Part shown: positions 37,901-50,059 of the stretch, piece by piece
How the letters are laid out: the number at the start of each line of letters is the position of its first letter
How positions within the stretch are numbered: position 1 is the stretch's first letter
Assembly: GCA_964276515.1 (NCBI GenBank)
Contig: OZ193909.1
Coordinates: 2,418,001 to 2,482,000, forward strand
Source of the DNA: Gordius albopunctatus
Lineage: Eukaryota
Length of the DNA stretch: 64,000 nucleotides
Reading direction: 5' to 3'
Notes under the pieces: model-generated
Database searches by the model: none
The model's input: the letters and a program-made list of their open reading frames with translations, nothing else
What the model was told of the DNA's origin: nothing
Position numbers and translations under genes: made by a program

Positions 37901-40900
37901 TTTTTGATTTATGTCACCGTCTATATAGATGTTTCTTTCTTTCGATGAAATCTTTAACCGATTGATCCCACCACCATAGTTCCCTATTCATAGCTTTGCC
38001 TCCTTTGGTCTGTCCTAGAACACGAATCGCTGTTTCCTTAACGTCCTTAGATAGCGTCTCCCAATCGTCGTCTACGTCCCTTTGCAACTTCCTTGCACCC
38101 AAGAGTGAGGAGGCTTTTTGATGGTATTCTTCGTTCGTCGACGTATCCTTTAGCCTTTCGTATCGAATTCGAGGTTCATAGACCTTTCTTCTTTCGGGAA
38201 TTACTCTTCTGTCAAGATCCATAACAAGGGGACGATGTTGCCTGGCGAATTCTTCTCCCGATATTACTTTGCAATCCTTGATACTCCATAAGTCCTTTCG
38301 CCGTATAAGCAAATAGTCAATTTGACTAAAATGTAAATTTATAAAAATCCTGATTGCCGTATCTTGCCTTACACCTAAAACTAAAAAAATTAGATTTATG
38401 AATTACAGTAATAGTTCTAAGGGTTCCCTCCTCTACGCTTAGACTACGATATAACACAAAATTTTTAAGTTTATTTTTTGCGTTGCAGAAAAACTTCGAT
38501 AGAGAATATCGTGAATATAGCCGGCACTTGGAGCAATTATACCCGTTATGCGTTAAATGCGAAAGATTTCTCCGCAAAAAGATCGAAGCGGATAAATATT
38601 TAATCAACTACGACCCCAAAAACAATCCTAAAATACCTTCTGCTTCTCGCCATCAAGTACGTTTTTTGAGGGGCAATTATTCTTGATAAATATGATTTTT
38701 TAATATGATTAGAATATTTTTGTGTATGTAAACCTTTTTCATCTTTAAGAAGTTGCCAAGGAAAGAATCTTTTTGTTGATCAAAATAAATTAATTATGCT
38801 TAAATATGACATTTTTAAGTGTGGTCAATGTCCATATACTTTTGAGACTTTCAAGGATTCTTTATTTTGTTTTGTGTGCACCGCTGCTTTTTGTTTGGTC
38901 GAACTTTTGTTTGAATAGACTAGCGGTCTACTCTGCTCAGTTTTTCAAATTTTGACTTAGCCTAGCGGTCGACTAAGAAACACAGACCAAAAAACGTTTG
39001 TTGCAACCCTATTTTATGCGCGTCATTTTAACAAAAATGCGTTAGAGGCTTTATTACTTTAAACGCTTACTTCCTGTCTGCAAATTTCTTAGTTTCACAA
39101 TTTATAATAATTATTATTATATAGTTACCATGGAAGAGCTTTTTTGATCGTGAAAATATCTTCGCCATTTTATCATCAGATTACATCTTGTTTTTTACGT
39201 AGCTATGCTGGTTAGATAACATTTTCGAAATTGTTTACCTTTACACTCCCTTTTGCTACAAAAGATGTATTTTCAAAACGACAGACCGTTAGAATGTATC
39301 TAGTTGCAAAACTCGTTCATATTTATATCTCCCATAATACAAGATGTTTATATTAATATTTATGTAGCTTAAACTTATTTAAAAAATGGAGTTTTTTTTC
39401 TCGCTTAGATCAAAGCCCCACCACCTGCCCAGCAATGCCTAGCCTGGCTCAACTTTATCATGACTTGCGCCTGTTTAATAGCCGATCACTATCACCTACA
39501 ATCTTTCGGAACTAAGAGTACCCATTCTAGTTTGGCCCTTTTGGCGCATCCAGAATTGTACCGAAATTTTTGTCGTTACATCATACACGTCGGCTGTTTG
39601 ATATCCTTCGGCATCATGTATATGGGACCCCCAGCTCCCTTCCGTAGCTACGCTAACCGTGCGGGGAAGAGAAGGTTGCTCGAATATAGGTATAATTTTA
39701 ATTGAGTGTGTGGGGTCTATATGACCCCAAAAGTGTTTATTTACCTAACTTCCTCCCCCTCCCCCTCTGCTTTAATACAAATCCTGGCTACGTTAGTGAA
39801 ATTATGTGAGATTGTTGTTAGGAAGTGGTCATTTTAATCGACTATAATTGGGTTTAATAAAAGGCATGAGCATTTCCTCAAGTGTAAATTGCTGTTTTAA
39901 TTTTGTCATTTAAATTTCTCTGCTATTATGAATCGTTTGGGGTACACTAAAATGTTAAATTTGTTTAATAAAACTCAAGCTTCAAGTAATACTTGAACGA
40001 CATTTTTGTGGAGACAACTTGGAACTTTTAATTTAAAAGATAATGACGGGAAAATGGGCTCTATTTAGCTAAATATCGAGGTATAGTTAAGTTGTTAAAT
40101 TTCTCGCTTGAGCAATGCTCACTATGTGCTTTGCTGGAGCACGCACACTGATCTGTTTCCTATGCTAGTTTAGCACAATGAGTGCTCGCTGTTGGGTGCA
40201 TTAGGCAGAACAGTAGCATATGAAAATGATCGAGAGGGGAGTCGAAGCAGCAAAATCTGTTTAAGCATTGAGCAGATAGCTCGAGCAATAAACCGGAGCA
40301 GATAGCAGATTTAATAGCTAAGCAATTGCTACGAGTTAGAAACTTTAAATTAAATTAAGAACTTTGTCCCGTTGGTTTGCCGCCCCCTCCTTATTACCCA
40401 ATCACTATCTGCTCAATGCTTGAACAGATTTTGCTGCTTCGACTAACCCTTGGAGCATTTTTGCGTGCGAATGCTAAAACTAATGCACCGAACAGCGAGC
40501 ACCCATTGTCCTAACCTAGCATAGGAAACAGTTCAGTGTGCCTGCTGGCGCTTGGAGTTGAAGCAAGCTAGCAATTCAACACCCCACTACGAGGTAGAGC
40601 GCCATCTCAATTATGGTTTGCCACGTGACAGTTTATGAGAGATGCAACGGGTGAATAGCATTTTTCCTTGACTACTTCGGCCTTATTGCCAAATTATACC
40701 GCTTGGAGGAGTTTAAACTTGCGATCTTTTTCTGCAAAAACTTGCATGCAATTATTACAAGTGAAAATCGCTAGAATTTTACCCCCACGTTTTAACTTGA
40801 TTATTTACATCGGTAATTTTTGGACCAATTTTGACTAGAGGTTTCGTATGAGGCAAAGTTATGAATTGGAGACGTACATCTCTCGCATATCTCATCGATA

Positions 40901-43900
40901 CCCTAGCTTTGGTTTTTTATATCGCCCGCTTAGTCTACCTTAATATCAATTGCTATGCAATTTACGGGCTCGCTTCCTGTCCAACTTTATTTGAATAAAT
41001 GCTGTTGAAATTCATACGGGCTTTTAATATCTGTGGACTTACGCTTCTGTAAAAGACTTTTATTTTGTTTTCCCAAATACACTAGCGAATGAATGACCGC
41101 TGATTGGCCCCTTATATTTCGATGTTATTGTAGAAACAAAGGCTTAGACATTGCCATTTTAGCGGCCTGGTTTGTCTGCTTAATAACCCGCTCAACTGCG
41201 ATCCTTAGCCCCCCCGATGTCATTTACAACCTGGATAAGGGCTTATTCGTCTTGTGTTTAGTTCGCCTTCTTAGAAGATCTTTCTTAGCTGATAAAGATT
41301 CCGTGAAAAGTGCATCTGATACCTTCTACTCCGGGCAAAGGTAAGTTTTGATGCCATCATTGTGATGAGTTTTGTTAACTTTTTTTCGTTTTAAACTAGG
41401 TTTCAATTTTTTTTTCCAATTCATTTTGATATCTTAATGATATTTTTAATAATAAATGAGCACGGAGCTATAAAAGATACCGAGAATATTATAATTGATT
41501 TTCATGTTCCCTTATAATGCTTCGCTGGGGAAATAATAAAATAAATCCCATTTTTAATATGATTCGCTTCAAGTCGTTCATTAATATGACTTTTATAGTT
41601 CAGGCATCGGTTGTTTGTGTTGACAATATTCATCTTTACGTAAAACAAACACCGATGAAATATCTTTTATAAACTGATGTAGTAGCTGTTTTAAAGTCTT
41701 TGAAAGGGAATGTGCAATACAACTAGTGGTGATCAAAACCTAGGTTGGGTTTTCCCGAGGTCAAACCCGAGGTGGGTTTTGGGTTAAGGTTGGAAAAAGA
41801 CCTTTAAGGTCTTTCAGATTCCCTAACCCAAAACTGGGGTGGAACCCCAAAAAGACCTTAAAAACCTTAAGGTCTTTTATACACCCAAACCTTAACCCGG
41901 GGTTGGGGTTAGGTTGACCTGGGGCTAATGTTTTGAAGTATAGGCGTGAAATAAGAGTATATTATTTTTTAGATATTAATATATTTATTTTTTAATGAAG
42001 AAATGAATTTTTTTTAAATATTTTAATTTATAATAAATAGAAAATGATTTTTTTATTATTATTCATTTAATTTCATAATATAATCTTGGGGTAAATTAAT
42101 TAAAAAATAATATTGGGTTATTGTTTTAGCACCATCTAGCTTGTAATTAAATTCGCCATGGCATCCCTGTCTCGTTCTCGTGGCGAATTTAATTACAAGC
42201 TAGATGGTGCTAAAACAATAACCCAATATTATTTTTTAATTAATTTACCCCAAGATTATATTATGAAATTAAATGAATAATAATAAAAAAAATCATTTTC
42301 TATTTATTATAAATTAAAATATTTAAAAAAAATTCATTTCTTCATTAAAAAATAAATATATTAATATCTAAAAAATAATATACTCTTATTTCACGCCTAT
42401 ACTTCAAAACATTAGCCCCAGGTCAACCTAACCCCAACCCCGGGTTAAGGTTTGGGTGTATAAAAGACCTTAAGGTTTTTAAGGTCTTTTTGGGGTTCCA
42501 CCCTAGTTTTGGGTTAGGGAATCTGAAAGACCTTAAAGGTCTTTTTCCAACCTTAACCCAAACCTTAGGTTTGGGTTGTACAAACCTAGGTTTTGATCAT
42601 CAATACAACCATGGCCCAACTAAATTTCTAAATTTATTATATCACTCTGTAATTTATTAACTTCTAGTCTCCTCCCATCCCTAATCCTCGCTTCGCCCTT
42701 GCGTTTCGATTCAAAATTTTGAATCCATCATTACTTTTCTTTGTTTAAACCTTTTTAAAACACTCTAATTTGCGATAAAAGCGATGGACAATATAGTAGC
42801 CGTTCGCGGGCTCCCAAATCGACTTTATCAGCCAACTTGGGAACCAACGTTTATAGCCCTTCCATGGTTAGTAGCGATTTAAACTCGGTTTTCAGGGCAA
42901 CGACCACCAACCTTTCTCACCTTCTCAATGATTCTTGCTCTATTTCGGGAGAAAGTAATGACCATGTTGAATGTCAATCGAAGATTTGGCAAACTTAAAA
43001 AAATAAAAATATTGTAGCCTAAAACTTAGTTTTCTATACCATTTTTGTAATGATATTTATTGTTTTATTACGTTAGATATTAGTTTTGATCATTTTTTGG
43101 AGGCCGTTATAGTTTTTGGCTAATGAAAATTCATAAATATTCACTTTGTTTCTGCAAAGTTTGTCATTAACTAAATAAATTTGACCTGACATTGGTTGCG
43201 TGATATACTTTAGTTTTCTGGAACTTAGTTAGATTTTAACGTTGCAGGATTGGGTGACACGTGTATAATTAAATTGTCGCAGTGTGCAATCGTGCTTTAA
43301 TTTACTATTCATCTTTAATGTGTAAAAATTTAAATTTTATAGATTTAAACTTCATAAAATTTTTGGGCTAAACTTAATTTCTGCTTAACATTATGATTAA
43401 CTACATCAACCAAGTTTTTCCCTTAGTCAAACTGAATACTTTTCGTTAAGTGGACTTTATTTTTTGATATTAGATTGTCAACTCATTCTATCAACATTAT
43501 TAATTAGAAAATTTTTAATTTAGCGCGGCCAATTTCGTTTTTCATAATTTTGCTTCATAGAATCGTGTAATTTTGAATGCTTCGCTGCAACTCAAATTTT
43601 TTGACATAAATTTCATTAAAATGATCCTAGCTTTATTCTCATACCATACGTGCATCTCATTAGCCCCTGAATCCGTTTTATCGGCCAGCACCACGCGGAT
43701 CCCTGGAAACATATTTCTCCAAAAACCGAGGCTAAAGTTAGTTTCCTCTTCGGGTCCAACCACATTTTGCCTTTCGAATCAACGATTTCGCAACACGTCA
43801 ACCTCCCCCAAGTCCAATGGCTCGCCGCTTCACACCTCCGTCAATACCATCCCTGGCACCAATACTGACCACCCCATCAAAAGCTTTTCCCAGCTAAAAA

Positions 43901-45962
43901 GCTCGCCTCAGCATTTTTCTCCCACGAATAGAGGTTGGTTGGTATTTGATGTGCATATATAATAGAAGAGAGATTTTTAAGGCAAGTGTGCTTCTTTAGT
44001 GACCAGGCTTGTCGTTTATTATCCTGGTGGATTAGACTATAAATCACTCGCTTCCCAGATCCAATTTAGTAAAGACGGGGGGGGTGGTGGTAGTAGTGTT
44101 AAATGGTCTATTCACGGTGGCGTAGACTTGAAAAATTTAGTAAATAAAAGGCTTCAACAGTTAAATTAATTACATTTTGTGACCTAATTCCGCTCAGATC
44201 TCTTTCCTGCAAGGAGGCAATATTTTCAAAAGGCTCCTTTCGATTTTCTGAAGATAGCAACCAAGGGCGTTATTGGAACTAGAGACCTGCAAGAGATCTT
44301 TTAGGCCTTAGGATAAGTTAAATCATAAAAATTAATGACCGTTCTTTCAGTTTAATATGCTGAGCCGGCCCTAAGTTAAAATTCCTTTTTATTTTTGATT
44401 CCGGGTACAGCTCGGTCCCGACATCTTTTTGTAAATCCCGAACAGTTATACGAAATCTAAAAATGAAATCAATAAGTTTGTAAGTTTCTTTTATCCGAGC
44501 TCGCACCGAAGCCAAAATCTTTTTTTAACCTCAACTATTTTTTATACGTTTAGAATATAAATTCCCTCGCGTTCTTTTTGCATCCCATTGGCCCCCCCCT
44601 CCACTTTAAACCCTGCTCTAGTGTGCCCACCTCGTTTAACCCAGCCCCCCCCCCGCCGCCGCCCTATCTCTGAGCCTGAAATTCAGCAGGAAAGGTTTAT
44701 ATACACATGCATCATCTCTTTTATATTTATCAAAAAGAAGATCTCTGCCAATTACATATGTTTATGAAGCATTTCTTCGATTTTGGATCGACTTGATGAT
44801 GCTATATAGTGTTGTAAAACGGCTAGATTTTGTTTGGTCGACCTTTGGTTTTGGTCGATTAAAGATAAACAAACAACTTCGGGTCGGGTTCGGGTTAAAA
44901 ATTTTAAGACAGACTCATTTTAATTTAGCAGAAGTTTAAAAATATCTGCATTTTGAATGGTACCAACTGAATAATGAATGGCTTGATAAGTGGGATACTT
45001 TGGGTGAAATGTACTAGAAAACTCTTCTGAATTAGAATCTACCTTTTTCTAATGCTCTCACTTCTGGCAAACATGTTTTCAAATGTTGTTAAATCGGTTG
45101 TTGTTGTTTTTGGAGACAACATTTTGTTGCCATTTAAAACCATCAAAATCAATCATACACCAATCACTTTTTTTTACTTTCGGGTCGGATTTGGCTTAAA
45201 ACGCTTTCCGGTTCGGGTTAAAAAATTCAAAACGCTTTTGGGTCGGGTTCGGGTTGAAAACAGTGACTTTGCAGGGCTCTAGTCGGTCCTTAGTCTTAGT
45301 AAAACAAAAGGCCGACCAAACAAAACCCATCCTTTTTTACAACACTAATGCTGCTATATTTACATAAATATTACTTTGGCTTTCTTTTTCCCTCTCGATT
45401 TTGTCTAAAAGTAACGATTTAAAATAGATGAGGAGGACAGGGGACGGTTGGTCTCGAATCAAATAACAAATCAAGTCTCACTTAAAATTTTGTATATCTT
45501 AAATTTAAGCGAGTAATATGCATCCCAAATTTAGGCATGAGAACTTGAACCTTAAATTAAGCCTGAAAACCCCATTTAATCTAAATTCTACTTATATTTG
45601 CCAATTTTTCTTTAGCGCGTTTAAGCGGCTTCGGGACCGAGCGTAGGACACGTCCAACCATAGAACCAATGGATTTGGGGGCAATGGAAGAAGAAAGCTC
45701 GACGCTGTGTGATGAAGCGTTATCATCGATAAACGGCGATAGCCCTGAGTCTACGGGTCGTTGCTCAAATTTTGAGCGTCGAAAAACGCTCGCTCCTCAT
45801 GAAGCGTTTAGAGCGTACGCGTTGCTGCATAGAAGAGAGGCAAGTTGGCCGACCGCTGGCCCCATGTTATTACTGTTTGGTTTGGGCCTTAGCGTGGGAA
45901 TCAATAGTGTTTGTGCTTGGATTTATTTGAATCGCCAATACTACAATCACCTCCCATATTGA
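28969..45962 (+). CDS. TMEM201: Transmembrane protein 201 / Samp1 (Ima1-family inner nuclear membrane protein), ~614 aa
   Basis: Phase-consistent exons 28969-29057, 29092-29209, 35293-35484, 38489-38656, 39409-39689, 41134-41340, 42782-42954, 43664-43933, 45616-45962 (1845 nt). Hydrophobic N-terminus, then the four CxxC motifs of the Ima1 N domain: VQCWFCN...NCWDCPNCHQYNGFAK|DGGYNKPILAQY...LCDRCNANQ...HLEQLYPLCVKCE. Then TM helices, a Ser-rich region (PESVLSA...LQKPRL) and a C-terminal TM. The 3' exons are less certain. Confidence 0.9.
29549..33367 (-). CDS. cAMP-dependent protein kinase catalytic subunit-like (divergent PKA-C paralog); start codon not resolved
   Basis: Exons 33367-33034, 31802-31417, 30549-30204, 29865-29549 (GT-AG, phases 1,0,1). 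A-helix-like VRRLLDADRARFRREW; TLGEGSFGRV; YAVK; NSNLYMVLEFVAGGELF; YRDLKPEN; TDFGFSK; RTYTFCGTPDYMAPE; DWWALGVLLYEMTAGYAPF; APFIP; terminal FxxF (FGDF*). Confidence 0.9.
36152..38330 (-). mobile_element. 5'-truncated RTE-clade LINE (end of APE + reverse transcriptase), inactivated, in TMEM201 intron 3
   Basis: SQIDYLLIRR and QHRPL (APE end); RT motifs KANGPDGIP, NYRGIKL, NQFGF, FIDLEKAYD, GLHQDSALSP, YVDD, FTYLGS. Frame breaks between 38312-37914 and 37659-36364. 3' stem-loop CCCCAC-N7-GTGGGG (~36186-36204) and an (AAG)n tail at ~36155-36168. Confidence 0.95.
40131..40541. mobile_element. Diverged foldback/MITE (~140-bp inverted arms)
   Basis: GCACACTGATCTGTTTCCTATGCTAG...GTCGAAGCAGCAAAATCTGTTTAAGCATTGAGCAGATAG is mirrored by CTATCTGCTCAATGCTTGAACAGATTTTGCTGCTTCGAC...CTAGCATAGGAAACAGTTCAGTGTGC. 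Confidence 0.8.
41724..42601. mobile_element. Foldback element: near-perfect palindrome with ~380-bp arms and a 22-nt spacer
   Basis: Arms ~41778-42158 and 42181-42562 differ by about one substitution and one homopolymer indel, by eye. Termini GATCAAAACCTAGGTT / AACCTAGGTTTTGATC. Direct repeat (C)AATACAAC at 41715-41723 and 42601-42609. Confidence 0.92.
44807..45347. mobile_element. hAT-type MITE (TAGTGTTGTAAAA family) with a nested CGGGTT-motif element
   Basis: TIRs TAGTGTTGTAAAA / TTTTACAACACTA; interior ~44870-45281 carries CGGGTCGGGTTCGGGTT arrays and ends GCAGGGCTCTA. Confidence 0.7.
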
Positions 45963-46108
45963 TAGCGTCGTTATTCCTTCGCATCTTAAGACCTAATTTC
46001 CATGAATATTTATTATTTGTGAACTAAGCCTTCACGAAAATATTTTTAAATAAAATTTTTAACGTGTCATTTTGGTTTCGTATAGATGGACTTCAACGTA
46101 TACTATAT

Positions 46109-47011
46109 TAGAGACCTGGGGCCGGGCATGGACGGGCTTCTACTTAAAAATAAAACAACGGGCCTGGACGGGCCGGGCCTAGATAAACTTAAGGCCCGTT
46201 AAAAGCCCGTGACAAAAACAATTAGATATATCATAAAGAAAGGAATTTATAATTATTTTATGTATATTAAATTAACAAGGAAAGTTATATTTTATCTACA
46301 TCTTAGTTCTTTAATACACCACTATGTCAACCCGCATTGTAAATGTTAAAGATATTTATACACGAGATCCCATAGGCATGGCCAATTTAAATTAGAGGGT
46401 ATTTAGGTAGGGCAAAAAATGTTTTTTACATCAAGAATTTCTCGATTTGGAGGGGGGGGCAGCTGCCATTTATGCCCTCTAGCAATATTGAGTGAATTAA
46501 TTTAATATTATGTAAGATTATTTATATATATGCTCATTACCGAATTTAAAAACAAAATTTAAAATTTATTTCTTCAAGTTACTTTTGTAAAATATTACTG
46601 TTTTTTTATTTTTAACAATAACTTAAAAATCTATAATGGTGGTAAGGGTTTTAAAAGTCTATTTGGCTTATATAGTTTATGTATCCCGAAGTGCATTTGT
46701 AAAAAATTATTTTATCTGTAAGTCGCCTAGAACCTTTTTTTCAACCCGAACCCGAGGGTCAGGTCGGCGACTTGCAGGTCTCGAAGGTCGCCTGTTAAAA
46801 GATAGAAGATTTAGTCAGATCGGGAATTACAAATTTATTATTTTTACACTATTTTTATTATCATTTTCAACACATACATATTGTTTACCATATAGATAAA
46901 AAAAAATAAACAAAAAAAATAAAAATTTTACGGCTCGGGCTTTGTATAAATTTAGCGGGTCGGGCCCGGGCTTTTGAATTTTTATCTAAACAGGCCCGTT
47001 GCAGGTCTCTA
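46109..47011. mobile_element. Non-autonomous hAT element (TAGAGACCTG family)
   Basis: Perfect TIR TAGAGACCTG / CAGGTCTCTA; perfect 8-bp TSD TACTATAT (46101-46108 and 47012-47019); subterminal CGGGC/GGCCC motifs. Confidence 0.92.
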
Positions 47012-47625
47012 TACTATATTGCAAATCCTTTTGTATAATTTATGAACCGAGTAAGCTTTATTATAAATTCACTTAATTTATATAACAAATTTTTTCTAGG
47101 TCTTTATCATCGTTTCAATTTTTATTTTAACTTATAAAATTGGAAATATTACAAAATTTATCTTCTCTAAAGACAAATTAGGTTTGCAACAATTTAAATC
47201 TAAAGGCTTATTCTTTAAACCTGCCAAAAATTAAAAGCGAATAACTTTAGTGCCTAACCCGCAGACTAAAAGACTGCTTAACCTTTTGTTTGAAATTTTG
47301 ACATCAGATGGGCTAGGGAAAAGCTTGTTGGCTATGCCCTAGAATACAAAATATTTACGATATTATTAACTTCTTTGAAATTAAAATAGATAAACTCGGG
47401 CCTTCGGCCCTCGTGGGAAGGGGGAAGGGGAAGGAAGGGGGAACTCATCTACACTCCGTATAAATGTATCATATTTGCTATGCAATTTATGGAAATACTT
47501 ACTTGAATATTGCAAAACGAAGGTTGGAAGCACTAAATAAGTGTATATGCCAAATATCATAAAGGGGGAGAGAGGGAGCGAAGGGGAAGCTTTATGGTTA
47601 GTTAAATTCAACGGGAGTTGTATTA

Positions 47626-48130
47626 CCAAAAAGTCATAATAGCAATGGTAGGAACAGGAACAATCATAATAGTCAAAAAAAACGAAAAAAAAGTTTTCGA
47701 ATCACATTTTGGCCAATGGTTATTTTATTCCATTGGTCAGCAGCCAGCGGACGGCCAAAAAGTCATAATAGCAATGGTAGGAACAGGAACAATCATAATA
47801 GTCAAAAAAAACGGAAAAAATAATTTCGATTCACATTTTGGCCAATGGTCATTTTTTTCCATTGGTCAGCAGCCAGGACACGGTAAAAGTGGATATAAAT
47901 TCATAATGGTCAAAAAAAAACGAAAAAAAAATTTTCGAATCACATTTTGGCCAATGGTCATTTTATTCCATTGGTCAGCAGCCAGCGGACGGCCAAAAAG
48001 TCATAATAGCAATGGTAGGAACAGGAACAATCATAATATTCAAAAAAAAACGAAAAAATAAACTCGGATACACATTTTGGCCAATGGTCATTTTTTTCAT
48101 TGGTCAGCAGCCAGCGGACGGCCAAAAAGT
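47626..48130. repeat. Tandem array, ~4 copies of a 110-130-bp unit
   Basis: Recurrent CCAAAAAGTCATAATAGCAATGGTAGGAACAGGAAC and CACATTTTGGCCAATGGT...CATTGGTCAGCAGCCAG. Confidence 0.9.
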
Positions 48131-48489
48131 CTTATTATCATTGATAGTAACAAGAACAATCATAAGAGTCAAAAAAAACTCCGGGATTCTAACCCAAAAA
48201 CTAGATAAATTGCATAGCAATTATTAAAAAGTATAGGGTAATTATCAATGTTAACCTATTCAAAAACGAACAAAAAATTTTGATTTATTTGGCCAATGGT
48301 AATTTTTTTCAATTATCAATGTAAACTTATTCAAAAAGGAAAAACGAAAAATTAGGATTTATTTGGCCAATGTTCATTTTTTCATTGGTCAGTAGCCAGC
48401 GGACGGTCAAAAAGTCATATTATCAATGGTATTAACAAGAACAAAATATTAAATTAATTAAAAAAATAAAAATTTTGCCCTCTCCGGGA

Positions 48490-49720
48490 TTCGAACCCAC
48501 ATTAAATAGAGGCATAAGCCTTTGGAGGGGAACAGGGAACCATATAAATAGAGCCATAGGCCCTTGTAGGGGAGGGCATAGGGTAATTATCAATGTTAAA
48601 CTATTCAAAAACGAAAAATTAAAAATTTCGATTTATCTGGCAAGTGGTCATTTTTTCATTGGTCAGTAGCCTGCGGACGGTCAAAAATTCATATTATCAA
48701 TGGTATTAACAAGAACAATATATTAATTTAATTTAAAAAAAAATAAAAATTTTTGTCCTCTCCGGGTCTCGAACCATCAATTTAGAACGTTCGCAGGGAT
48801 TCAAACCCACATTAAATAGAGGCATAAGCCTTTGGAGGGGAACAGGGAACCATATAAATAGAGCCATAGGCCCTTGTAGGGGAGGGCATAGGGTAATTAT
48901 CAATGTTAAACTATTCAAAAACGAAAAATTAAAAATTTCGATTTATCTGGCAAGTGGTCATTTTTTCATTGGTCAGTAGCCTGCGGACGGTCAAAAATTC
49001 ATATTATCAATGGTATTAACAAGAACAATATATTAATTTAATTTAAAAAAAAATAAAAATTTTTGTCCTCTCCGGGTCTCGAACCATCAATTTAGAACGT
49101 TCGCAGGGATTCAAACCCATATTAAATAGAGGCATAAGCCTTTGGAGGGGAACAGGGAACCATATAAATAGAGCCATAGGCCCTTGTAGGGGAGGGCATA
49201 GGGTAATTATCAATGTTAAACTATTCAAAAACGAAAAATTAAAAATTTCGATTTATCTGGCAAGTGGTCATTTTTTCATTGGTCAGTAGCCTGCGGACGG
49301 TCAAAAATTCATATTATCAATGGTATTAACAAGAACAATATATTAATTTAATTTAAAAAAAAATAAAAATTTTTGTCCTCTCCGGGTCTCGAACCATCAA
49401 TTTAGAACGTTCGCAGGGATTCAAACCCATATTAAATAGAGGCATAAGCCTTTGGAGGGGAACAGGGAACCATATAAATAGAGCCATAGGCCCTTGTAGG
49501 GGACGGCATAGGTTAATTATCAATGTTAAACTATTCAAAAACGAAAAATTAAAAATTTCGATTTATCTGGCCAGTGGTCATTTTTTCATTGGTCAGTAGC
49601 CTGCGGACGGTCAAAAAGTCATATTATCAATGGTATTAACAAGAAAAAAATATTAATTTAAAAAAAAAAAAAAAATTTTGTCCTCTCCGGGTCTCGAACC
49701 CGCAAACTCCAGGTCGGGAA
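48490..49720. repeat. Tandem array, ~4 near-identical copies of a 310-bp unit
   Basis: ATTAAATAGAGGCATAAGCC recurs at 48501, 48811, 49121 and 49431; the ORF track shows the same 310-bp period. Confidence 0.95.
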
Positions 49721-50059
49721 GCTGGTGTAAATAACTTGGTAGACGGACGGACGGACGGACGGACAACCAAAAACGAGCCCATAAATTGCATAGCAATTAA
49801 TAAAAAGTAAAACATAAATTTAATTTTTAGAATAGTCTGCTTAAATAAACGATCTAGAGAATTTTGCGCTGAACAATAATGTGTTCTTACTTTTTCCCCA
49901 AAACTTCCAGTTTTTCAAATAAAGGTTGAATGTGCAAAAAAGACCCATTTTAACCTTTTTTATGGCCATATTGCCACCACATCTTTAATTTATTCCTGTA
50001 GATTAAAGTTTCTTCTATAAGTCCATTTTATTTTTTTTTCACATCTATATTTAAATTTA

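Larger units (their letters stand above)
47382..49805 (-). mobile_element. Helentron-associated / DINE-1-like non-autonomous element with internal tandem arrays
   Basis: 18-bp subterminal inverted repeats TTGCTATGCAATTTATGG (47475-47492) / CCATAAATTGCATAGCAA (49779-49796). Terminal hairpin AATTGC-ATA-GCAATT; (GACG)n at 49742-49764; distal GC hairpin GGGCC-TTC-GGCCC (47398-47410); T-rich insertion context and no evident TSD. Confidence 0.75.

Noticed and set aside
47618..49538. Repeated short ORFs in the arrays as genes, or the arrays as CRISPR
   Set aside because: The ORFs are by-products of the 130/310-bp tandem units. There are no unique spacers or cas genes, and the context is eukaryotic.
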